Part shown: piece after piece, positions 13,780-49,429 of the stretch
How the letters are laid out: each line of letters opens with the position of its first letter
How positions within the stretch are numbered: position 1 is the first letter of the stretch
From: Bugula neritina
Lineage: Eukaryota; Animalia; Bryozoa
Reading direction: 5' to 3'
Length of the DNA: 64,000 bases
Assembly: GCA_964035545.1 (NCBI GenBank)
Contig: OZ037771.1
Coordinates: 2,987,628-3,051,627 of the forward strand
Made by a program: the position numbers and the translations under genes
Notes under the pieces: model-generated
Databases searched by the model: none
What the model saw: only the letters and a program-made list of their open reading frames with translations
What the model was told of the DNA's origin: nothing

Positions 13780-14029
13780 ATAGTCTTGAAATACTACAGA
13801 AAGAAATAGACCTGAAAATAATACTACAGCTATATCAGTGCATAGTCACAGTGTGATCTGCTACTTTGTGTGTTTAACAATTTAAAACTTGTTTCACACC
13901 TGCAGGTATTTTTTGTTTTCAATCACTAAAATGGTACAAGATGCTTTCATGGCTACTTATTTCTTTTTATAATGTAGTACCTTATTAGTTGTATTGTAAT
14001 GCTATATGATTAGTTATATTGTAATATAA

Positions 14030-14215
14030 TATTAGTTATATTATAATACCGTATTATCAAATATGTTGTAATACCGTATTATTATATATGTTGTAATACT
14101 GTATTATTAGATATATTGTGATGCTGTTTTATTAGTTGTATTGTGATATCATAATGTTAGATACATATGTTGTAATACCGTATTATCAAACATGTTGTAA
14201 TACGGTATTATCAAA
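14030..14215. repeat. Degenerate ~26-bp tandem repeat (TGTTGTAATACCGTATTATCAAA core)
   Basis: Several degenerate copies visible. Confidence 0.7.
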
Positions 14216-17200
14216 TTTTCAGCTGCTAGTATAATTGTGATTCTTGATTCCTCATCTTTTAATCGACTCAACTCAGTGTATTTTACTTTAATTTGTATTT
14301 ATTCTTACATTTTTAGCTTAATTTCTAACTTTCTGTCGTGAACTACTTACGGGGTGATACTATTTATAACATTGTGTTAAATGCGTGTTGACTATTTTAT
14401 CTCATATTCAACTTTAAGCCATTACTTATATCTACTTTCCTGTGTATATTTATCATTTATACGTACATCTTTGATCTGAAACTTACTTGTAATTCAGTTT
14501 CTATGTTACTCTGTTTTTTGTCTGTAATTTGTGCCACACTCTCTCAGTTACCGGGCATCTCTCACGGGAGTTACCTCAATTAAGAAATTAGCACTCGACA
14601 ATCTAGCAGTTTATTGACTTACGTCTCTACGCTGACTCTGTTCAGTTAATGCTGACTTTCCTTTCACTAATGGCCCATCAGATCTGTTTTTATTATTTCA
14701 TATATTAATTAACTAGCGAAAGTGATAATTTTGAGTCTAGTTAATGTTGCTACCTCCGCTACTATCTCGCTGCTTTTACTACTAGCTCTCAGTTATAGCT
14801 GAAATATTTTTGTATTATCTATCTTTTTGTTTTTCATTGTTAATGTAGTGTGTGCAATTGCAGTATTTAATATTTTCTTTTGCTATGTGATGCAGTGCAA
14901 TACTAAGATGTTTTCATAAATTTGTTGGTGACTCGGATGAGCTCTTGGCTAGAAAATGCTATTGCTGTAATAAAAATATGATATTTCGTCAAACACTGGA
15001 CTACTTTTTAAATAGTTTTGACCTTAGAATTGGTGGCAAATACCCATAATTTTCGAAAGCAAATTTAAGTAACAATTCTGTAAATTTTACAGACTTTTTT
15101 AATAAGCATACATGCCTAAGTATACGATGCTAATTGTAAAATAAAATCAGAAGCAAAAAGTCACAAGGTTGTATAAGATAGGAGGGTTTTACAGACAAAT
15201 TTAATACTTGGAAATGTTTTACAATGCATAAACATATACCTTTGCAATGTAATGTTGGTATAGAATAATCATATCATGGTGAATTTTTTTATTATATCTT
15301 GGTGCAAAAAATATTTCGACCAATGTTATTTATGTTTTAATAATCTTTTCAAAAATATTCCTAGCACAAGTAGAACTTGAGCAGCTTCAACAAAATTATC
15401 AAGCAGTCATGGGTTGTAATAACTATTTAAAGTGCCAATACCAAGTGCAAACACCAAGCCCTCTTTGGCTGATTAGATTTCTTATTTCATCTCCATTAAT
15501 TATATTAATATATACACAAGTTTTCACATTTCTATCATTTCATGTCCCCAGAGCTTGGGAAAGTGTGTTAATGTTTGCATAGTTGTGTAATAATTATGAC
15601 TCTGTAAACATTACAGTTAGTAGAAATGGGTTTCTTCAGTCTAGACTAGACAACATGTTTTCTACAGAATACAGTAAAAACAAGTCAGATCTAAGTCAGC
15701 TGCATTGAGCAGTTCACTGGCTATAAATAGTTTATTCGTTATAAATAGATATTTTAGCTCCAGCTGATATCTGCAACTTCACTCAGAATAGCTGCAGTTC
15801 AATAATTTGCTTGCTAGCAAATACTCTTTATAAATATCCATGGGTTTGCCTCTTGCAAAATTTCTTAGACTTTCTTGTTTTCTTTGATGTATGAAAGTGT
15901 AGAAACTGTCTTCAAAAAAAGTAACCAAACGAGTCCCCTGTTACCTAAGCAAACCTGTTATTACCCTATATTCAAAATTTCTAGAGAGTGAGCTAAATAA
16001 AATAGCTGTAAATAAGTTGCTAATTACTATTCAATGACTCATATACTTATATTTCACCTAAAATTGGTTTCTAGAATACAAGTAGAGTGTCCAACATTGC
16101 AATTTTATTGTGACTATACCATTATATATGCTTTCAGCTAGTTTAGTAACTTGATATTTGAGCTAGTTGAAAAGCTCAACTGAAGTTAGGTGTATGCCAG
16201 AGCACAGGCTTGTAAAATGTTGAACCAGTTGTTAAATTCTTATTGAAAACAACCTATTTAGCTGGATATACCAACAGCCGTGCATCCAGAATTATTGTCC
16301 ATTTGAATATAGCATCCTAGATAATATAACTGTTTTGGTCCTAAATGACCTGACCTGGAAATATTGTTTTTGTAAAAACCTTAATTCACACCTTTAGATT
16401 TCAATGAGACATTTATTAAGCTGCACATGCATATTTATTGTTACATAATGTTGGTTACGTGTGTCTGTATTGCACAAGACCACACTGCAGCAATAGCTAT
16501 TGTTTACTGCGAAATGAATTAACATTTCGCAGCTTACAATCTGCTCCCAATTACACTTATCTCATATCTCACACACACAGAGCGTTGTTTTCTGTGCTGC
16601 CTCATATGAAAGCTGTTAAAAAGAGGTGTTAGATTATTCTGCTGACTTTTGCAAAAACAAAGATCGAGTCTGCGCAGCAACAAGTGGTTGTGCAACACTT
16701 TGCTGTTTGCTGCTGATTCACCTGAGAGTTGCTGATTCTTGATGACACCTTGACTCAGGTGCTCCTGACATGCAGACAGCTGGGTGACATTCACTGACTC
16801 ATTCTATGCTCTGTTTTATAACAAGCCCGCCTTGTGCATCGCGAAATAAGTGAAATAATAAGAATTAGATTATAAATTATATATTATATAGCAAGAATTG
16901 ATATATTATATTATATATGGGTGTGTGCGAGTCTGCAAGTGCGTGTGTGTGCGTGTGTGTGATTGCGCGTGTGCGAGTGTTTGTAAATTTATATTATATT
17001 TAATGGTTCATTCATTCATGTTTATTTTTAGCAGACTTTGAATACTGCAATCTACTATAGATCTAATATTTCATTGCCAAATAGAAATGTAGAAAACATA
17101 TTGAGCATTAAAACTTATGCTTCAAGAGCCAGATGATTAAAATAATACAATTGAGAAGATAATATGGTTTCTTTGTGCAATTCCGGAGCTTTCTCTGCAC

Positions 17201-18880
17201 GTGATTAGACGGCATAACCTACCCAGTCTGAGGTCATAGCTTTATGCAACCAGCTTGGTGTTGCCCTTAGATTGGCTAGAAATCAGGTGTTGTTTTTGCT
17301 TGACTGCAATTTACAAGGTGCCAACTCTTTGCAGCTGAAAATGGAGCTAATCTATGTTTATAGAATTTCTGGCAATAACAAATCTGTCTGTCTAGTCAGC
17401 GCATGGAAAATCCCGACAGCATGTTTTACCAACAATCAACATCGAAAATTAACATAATATACTATCACAGGATTAAATACCTTAGCAATTTTTACTTAGT
17501 TTTTAGACAATATTGCTAAAAATAAATATATAGCTTGAATACAATTTCCATAAAGAGCAGATGGTTATGCAACCCAGCAGTGATGTTCTTGCTTCTCTTG
17601 CTTATTACAAGTCTAATTGAAATTCAAGTTTCAACTTTTAAAACAAAGAGTAGAGTATTGTAATAAATTCTGCTTTGTTTGTAGACAACATTGAAAGCAA
17701 AATAATAAATACTAACTATAGTAAACTTGATAGATAAATGTTACTTGTAATTAAAGTATATTTTGTTACTGTCAGACTTGTTATTGGGATGTCACAAACA
17801 AATCAAGGCTTAAATTTTACAGTTTACACAAAATTGCAGCACTTTATTACAGCTTTCTGATTATTTGTGTTAACTGAATTATGTTGTGTTTAATTTCATA
17901 AACGCTAAATTAAGAGTAGAACAAACATTATATAAAATGTGCAAAGAGGATTTCAGTTTTTAGCTCCGGTAATTCAACTATAACTTTCAGCCAAGTAACA
18001 AGTCAATACATGATATAGGAATTACATCATAATGCGAGGTGATTTTAAAATACATCCAATTTCAACACGTCAAATTACTTCAGGTAAATAATTTTCATGA
18101 TTTGTAAATATAAAATATTTCTTCCTTAGTTTTTAGTAAATCAAGTCAGGTTTGAGATAATGTCTAAACTGATGAGAAAGTAACATATTTTTTATTTTCG
18201 TTCAACTGTACCTAATAATTATTTATACTGAAATAAATCAAATGTGTATATAATTCATATATCATTATGATTCCAATCATGAATATAAATGCAACACAGT
18301 TAAATAACAAATAAGTGCTTGCTTTGGCATAAGAATACTTGACAGCAAAACATACTGTCCTTGAAGCCGCAGTAAATTATATAAAACAGAACTTTGGTTG
18401 TATTTTTCATTATTTATATTGGATTGTAGATTTTCTAAATTACTTGATTCAGTTTAACTTTATGTGTTGCAAGTTTTTTGGAATAGCCTAATACTTTACA
18501 GTTGTAAGGGAAATCACTTGATAGCCTATTTGATTATAAAATGTAGTTCAAAAAACAGGTATATATGAAAAAAATTGAACCTTGAGTCTTGAAAACAAAT
18601 TAAAAAAAGAACCTGCCTAAAATTTTTTATTGAATTATCTATTTTACAATAATATTTTGCTAAAAGCTTACACTAAAGACTTTAACTATTATTGTAAGTA
18701 TATAAACTAGCTGTGAGCTAGTTGCGAAACCTTCTGTTACCAATTACAGTATTGATTCATGAACTTAGCTGTCTCTGTATGAAATGCTGTCATAACAGAA
18801 TGGTTTTGATTAGAGCAGCACAGGGTCAGCACTGCGTCCAACTGCTGTCGCTAATTTCATAAACTTTTGTTCGCAATAAT

Positions 18881-18950
18881 TGACCAATCAGATTGCGTCG
18901 TTATCAGACCAGCTAGTATAAATAGCTGCACGTTCAGTATTTTCATCACT
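18881..18950 (+). promoter_or_regulatory. Core promoter of the secreted beta-propeller gene: CCAAT box, TATA box and Inr
   Basis: GACCAATCAG at 18882-18891; TATAAATAG at 18917; pyrimidine-rich TCATCACT about 30 bp downstream; non-coding exon 1 ends at donor AAAG|GTAAAT (19004). Confidence 0.7.
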
Positions 18951-19142
18951 CAACAATTGTTTTCCTTCAACAACTTGTGTTACAATATCTGAGAAGCAAT
19001 AAAGGTAAATAATTGAATTTTCTAATGAGACAATTTTACTAGATTTTCTAATTTCAATAATTTATAAGCTTTGGACTAAAAAATAATCTATCATTTTATA
19101 TTTGTGTTGTATAATATATAATATTAAATTTTTAGGTAGAAA

Positions 19143-21382
19143 ATGGAGAAACTTTTCATGCTTTTGGTGGCCAGCTACTTGATAGCTGTTAGTAGTGGCA
19201 GAAGTCTCACTGCTTCATCAGGACATCAGGTGAGTCATACAATCTTGACTTCTATACTCAATTGGCCTTGACCTTATAGGTTCAACACTAAACTGTTTGC
19301 AGTTTCAGTTCTACTCAAAAAAGTTAAGAGTTTTAAATTAAACGTTTCACATGTATTTGTACAGACACTTGAGTTTGGCAGCCGTGTTATTGGTTGTCTC
19401 AACTTGTTTTTCGTACCTTAGTTTTGCTCTTATAGTGATCATCAAGATATAAGAAATTAAATATATATTAACATATATTCCGTTAGATAAAAGAGTCTAA
19501 GAAATCTCTGGAATCTGGTAGAAACACTGTGGAAGACCTGGGAGAACTTCCCACTCTCCATGCCGTTGGCATAGCAACCAATCCTAACAACCAAGAGCAG
19601 CTCATATTTGCAGACGAAACAGCCTTGTATGAGTTTAACAAAAACTTTGGTATGTATCCCTGACATATATATGAGATAGCTATATAATATAAGCTTAAGT
19701 TCTGACGTTTTAATTGTAGGTTTATATTATACAATTTGTGTGTATAACTTTATATATATATTTTAATTATTATGTATCTCAGTATTAAGTGTTATAGTAT
19801 TAAGCATTGTATTCCAAAATTAAATTCAATTAAAAATGCTTTGCTTTAAAACTTGTCTTGTTAACTTTATTTGTAGCATATCTATAGTGTAAGATAATTA
19901 TATAACTAACATTTATTACAACAAATTTATTAAAATATCTCTTTGAATAGAAAGTTTCACAGTGTTGCTTTGGTAAATACTTCTGTAAGTTGTATTTCTG
20001 TATCTTGACTTCACAATTCTGTGAGTGAGAGGTTTTTCTATCAAATCTCAATTATTTCCTGCAGGTAAAAGCGAGATGATATCCGGCCAACCATCTTCCG
20101 GTCTGCTTTCCATGAGAACATCTGCAGATGGAACTGGCCTAGCTGCCTCCTTCAAGTTTATCACTAAGATAATTTCTCGACCATCTGGACTCTACATTTT
20201 TGACTATGACTCATTGAGAAAGTACGACTATGATACCAAGGTGAGCTTTTCCTCATACAAATAAAAATATACCAGTATGATATCCTGTTTGTTTGTTTTT
20301 TTTTGTCCTATTTGGTCAAAAATGAAAAAAAAATACATTTAACAAAAAAAATAAAATTTAATGACAAAGCTCTACAGTACAATAGCAGTTAGTCGAGGTG
20401 TATAATTAGTCATGAATGGTTGACTGTCAGTAAAAAACTTTAAGCTAGATGGGTTTTCGGTATTCAGAAGTTTTAGCTTTAAATTCAATAATTAAGATTT
20501 GCCATTAAATAGCTTTGTAGTCGAGTGAAAGGGCTGTACTATACCTCATTATTCACAGTCAGTTATTTATATGTTTTTAGAAAGTGGAGACGGTCACCCA
20601 ATTACCCGTAGACAGTGAAGAACATAAGCCAATCGTTGGAGTTGTTTCCTCTGATGAGAGTGTAGTGTACTGGACAACGACCTTTGGTGAAGGTCACATG
20701 GTAATGAAACTGGCACTTGATTCGACCTCCACTAAGCCTGTTCTAGTGACTGGAGGGCCGACATTGATTGGTCACATGGAACTGTCAGCTGACGAAGAAT
20801 TTCTTTTACTAGCTGACGTTGAGATGCTGACTGTAGAGAAAGTCAAAATTCAAGATGGAGAAGTTTCCTCAGTCACTCAATATGAACAAGAAGACTTCTT
20901 TCCCGGTAAGCGCTTATTTCCGGCAGCTGACACAGATAGTATAAATGTATGAAAGTTATACATCCTAGTAACTGTCATAACAAAAACTTTTATTTCAGCT
21001 TCTGCTGAACTAAAATATATTTACTATGTTGATACAATTTTTAGGAGCAATGGCTGTTAATGGAGAAGACCTTTATGTGATTAACAGAGAAATGAGTTCC
21101 GTTGAAATCTATGACATCACTGATAATCAGCCAACCTCGCGGCCACTCTGTGACAGCGCCTGTCTGGATGAAATCTCTAACCCATTTGATGTAATTTATG
21201 ACAGCGCCAGCAACAAAGTGTTTGTTCTTGATGGTGCCTTTCACCCTTCGTTACCAACTTACATTTTCTCTGTCAAGAGCATTGATATTGGCGGCAGCAG
21301 TGTAATGCAGAGTCCTTCCGGTGATGTCAGACATCTGATGCAAGCATTTTCAAGATGGCTGTCGGAAATGAAGCAAGCCTAG
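19143..21382 (+). CDS. Secreted acidic beta-propeller protein (NHL-repeat-like), 362 aa, uncharacterised
   Basis: In-frame exons 19143-19229, 19487-19649, 20065-20240, 20581-20905, 21045-21382. Signal peptide MEKLFMLLVASYLIAVSSG. Blade-like motifs AVGIATNP..LIFAD, DGTGLAASF..LYIFD, VVYWT, GHMELSADEEFLLLAD, PGAMAVNGEDLYVIN, NPFDVIYDSASNKVFVLD. ATTAAA poly(A) signal at 21461. Confidence 0.8.
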
Positions 21383-22727
21383 TTCTGCTTGCGACTTTTT
21401 TAGTCATCGCTGTTGATCAGTGTGCACTTTCTGCTTAACTCGTTGTCCATAAAGTTGTTTATTAAAATGTAGTTTTGTATCACTTCTTGTTTAACTGCTG
21501 CAAAGGCAGTACCTCACTTCAAGTATTATTCCAAACACACATTCCTTGTTTTCTTTTGTCCATCAATGTCTTATGTTCTTACTAGTATACATTGCATGTT
21601 ATTTATGTATTGCTATTATATATACAAATATATTTAAGATTGTTGTAAAGGCAAAAACATTTGAAACTTAAAGAGAACCACCTAGCTCTTGCATTTGCAT
21701 ACAAATCTGAAGTTATTGTAGGTAAAAGTATTTTGCTTTCCAAGTACACTTGTTATAATGCTCACTGAAATGAATTACTGAAAGTTGTTGGTATACATTT
21801 TTGTGCATAACCAAAATGAGTTTCATAATTAAGTTGAAAATCAAATGCCAGCTAATAAAGTCAATAAAGTAACATTAAATAACATCTAAATGATACTATT
21901 CAAACAAAAAGGACTTTCTCTAATTACCAGAAAATGTTTCAAACCAGCAACTGCAAGCAATTCCAAAGCACAGATAAAACACATAAGCTTTATTTTGTAG
22001 AAAATATTTATTATTTCTATAAAACTTCTTTTATTTTAAAAACATATAAAGTGAATGATTTTGATATTTCAAGTGGGTATAATAATTTAAAAAACTTAAT
22101 TCTTCTTATATTACAGCTGTTTTAGAAAAACGTTTAAACAAAGTCAATTTTTAAATTTAAAAACCTACACAGGTCTACATGACTATTTATGGCAGTTTTA
22201 GCATCTTAAGTGGAAAAACTTGCCTATTAAACAATAAAAGTTAATAATATAAAATATAAAAACTAGTAGCATATATATATATATATATATATTTATACAT
22301 TTATATATTTATTTATATATTTGGGAATCAGTAATATAGACATTGGGCATTATGAAATGTGTAAGCTATATAACTTTAAACATATAATACAAACGTCAAT
22401 GCATAATCTGTTCAGCTGCTGGTGAAATATGCTGTAAATTATACAAAACTTCAAAAACAGTGTCTGATAAACAATATGGGAAGCTCTAAATAGCTTTGCA
22501 TAATCATCTCAGCTGAATATCAAAATAGATTATCACACTATGTTGTATCAAAAACAATTTATTATTTATAAAATAACTAACAAATCAAAGTTACATAATA
22601 TTATTTGTAAAACGCTTGACTTGGTTCAGAAAAAATTGGTTTGACAGCAAGTGGAATCTAAGTTATGTTTACTTCTCAAGTTGAAGAGTTTATTACCATG
22701 AAAGTTCAACCCACAGAAGACGAATTT

Positions 22728-32611
<9,884 letters not shown>

Positions 32612-34248
32612 GATTTCTCAGGAATAGTTGTACTACTTTCAACTTGAAACAGACACTGTCCGAGTGAAATGCTGACTGATGATGTAGACTATATGCTGTC
32701 ACATACACGCTGACTGTATGACTCACTGTAATAGCTGTCCTACTATCACCTTTGGTTTGCTGCTTGTATACAAACTCTAACAGTCACGCTAACAATCTAA
32801 CTGATCAAAAAACAAGCCAATCTCTACAGCTATTGACCTTTATTTCTACTGCACAATGAATGTATTATGCTGCATTAAGACCCATCTCAATTATAGTCCG
32901 AACAGCTTCTTTGTCTCCCCATTCACGCTTGTATGTAACAGTATACAGTTGCTTAGCAACGCTATTTTAACAACAAATGAGCGTGGTTAATATTGTTCAT
33001 AGATATTTTTATAATATTTACTAACAAAATAACTATAACTGTTGTCTTAGTAGTAAAATAAGTCTATACAAGTCAAGATTAATTTTAAAGCTTCTCTACT
33101 GAATCAAAAATTAAGAACAAGTAATTGTTTATCATGTATTGATTTTACTATTTATATAAAAGTTATTTAGATCTGTCAAGTTTTATAAATGTCTATGTTA
33201 TGTTTGCTTTATTAGATTCAGAGACTGGTTGAAGAGTTTATGATAGTTTATTGCTCTAGATAACACTCTGGTTAGATCTACAAGCACAAACTGACTATTA
33301 TGAATAACACGAATAACATAGTAGCCTATAAACATTTAAATATCAAGACAAAGCATATGCAGCCTACCATCAACAATAAACAATATATGGAGTGCACTGC
33401 TTAGATTTCATGGCCCCATAAAGATATACTTCTTCCTCTATAAGACTTTAAGATGTGTATTTCAAACACATGTGGTCAGGTACAGTTTGAACATAAGCTC
33501 ATGTATTCTCAACTCCAGCTCAAAAGAGTAATATAATAGTGAGGAAGCTTTTATTTATTCACAATAATTTTATGTCACCACAAAAAATGTATTGAAAGAC
33601 TTTGTCAAACATTGAAATACAAGGCAATAAAAATAATTTACCTGAAAATGCATATTAATTGTAAGAACGTTTTATTTAAAGTTGAACAAAATCATAACAT
33701 AAAATGTTATTAGTATCTTGAGACTCTATACTTTCCAAGACACAGATATAATATTTTGGAAAAAATTTAAAAATTTCTTCTTTCACGCAAGTTTGATTGA
33801 GTTTAATTTAATTAAATTTAATATACCTACCTACAATCCACAAACTAAGCTAACAACACACTAGCTAATTGACCACAGTGCTTAAAAAAATTAATGAACA
33901 TTATAGCCCTAACAACATTTTTACAAGTTATTTTTCATGCATATTAAAAATGTTGTTATACTATAAAATTAAAGATAAATTGTACGTATTAGTTTAAGAA
34001 TATAATGAAATACTATAAAAATAACAAAGGTGTCATATTCAACAAAATAACTAAATTATAATAAGAAGTGGTATATAACACAGCATGAATTGTGTACACA
34101 TGTTAAAAAGACTGATAGATAAACTATTTGATTTGTTCATTTGTAACTAAAAAGCTCCTATTAAGTGAAGACAGTTGCTGTCAAATTGCATCTCTACATC
34201 ATTATGCTGAGTCTAAAACTGTGACCCCTGACCTCTAACAAAAGTCTT

Positions 34249-47944
<13,696 letters not shown>

Positions 47945-49429
47945 AGTTCCTTCTCATCTGCCCGAATCTTTCATCTGCACACAACCATGCTTCAGTTGAT
48001 ACATCCAGTAGATAGAACTAGCTAGTAACTACTACATTGTCTCTTTTGATATCTTATCTTTTCATTACTCATTGAAATTCCAAAGCATCTATTTACTTTA
48101 AAGCGTATAGTCAATCTCATTGTGATTTATGGACTAGCAGTCTAGTTTAACAAAAACTAAAGTCAACAGATATCTCAGCCAATAAAAGGCTAATGATGAA
48201 ATATAGAGCTCCAGTTTTTGATTTCAGTTACCCAGCCAATAGCATGTTGTTTCATTGGAATAAAGGGGAGCAGTGCCAATATACTACTAGTTTGCATAAT
48301 TGGCAAAGGTAATAAAGCACACTTTATGACTTGGGTAACCAAAGAGATAGAGTTGTCTTTCCATGATTTGTAAGTTACTAAATACTAAGCCTTGAACCAT
48401 ATAAAGTATTTTTCACTTATTTTATTTATAAGCTGTAGCTCATGAAGAAATTATAATGATATTTCTTGCATCTTAAATTTGCAGAAAAACTAATCGGCAA
48501 AAGGACACATTTTTTGACGACATGAAATATTTTGCAGTTTACTGCTTTAATTTTTTTGTCTAATCCAGCACCTAAAGTCCTTGCCCCCATACACTGTTTT
48601 TTTATAATGTCTCAGCAGCTTATTTCATTTGTAAAAAGTTTTGAAATTTATAGCATGTTATACAATGAGATATTTTTCTTTATTTTCCATTTGTTTCTGA
48701 GGCAACCAATACAACATTTTGACATTTTTGGGTGTCTCCCTAGAATAGCAATATTTGATGCTCTTAAGTCTAATACAAGGAAAGTTCAATGCATTGTTTG
48801 GAAGTACAATTTTATCTATAATGATTTAAACCATAAGGGAACTTTATTTATTTGAAATACTCTTCGATATTTAATGAGGGCGATTTTATGAATTATTCAC
48901 CATACAAGTGGGAAGAACGGACAAATCCAAAAATATTGTGACTTCACAATTTTTTTATTTGCACACACAATATAAGAAAATATAGTAATATATTATGTTG
49001 ACTATTAATATAAGGTAAACAACATGAAGTTGTGAACAGAAATAATGGGCTTTAGAGTTATTGATTCATAAACAATTAAACGAAACACACCAGAATTGTT
49101 TATACTTATTTTTAGCAGAAAATGAAAGTTATTATATAATAGATTCGAAATATTTGAAGTGCACAAAATAATACAACCAGAGTTATCATTCCCAGGTTCT
49201 TGGCACAGATTCAAAAGTGAATCAAACACACCAGTTCAAATGTGCCACCAACTTACGTGTAACTATTATTTTTGAACACTTATAATTGGGTGCACAAGAT
49301 TGATAATGAAAGATAATGTGTTGCATAGAAATGCTATATAATGAATAGTTTTATTCCTGTTTATATGGTATGACAGTCTTTAGTGCCACCATTAGGGCGG
49401 CTGCACAGAAGGGAGGAGCCAACTCCAAG

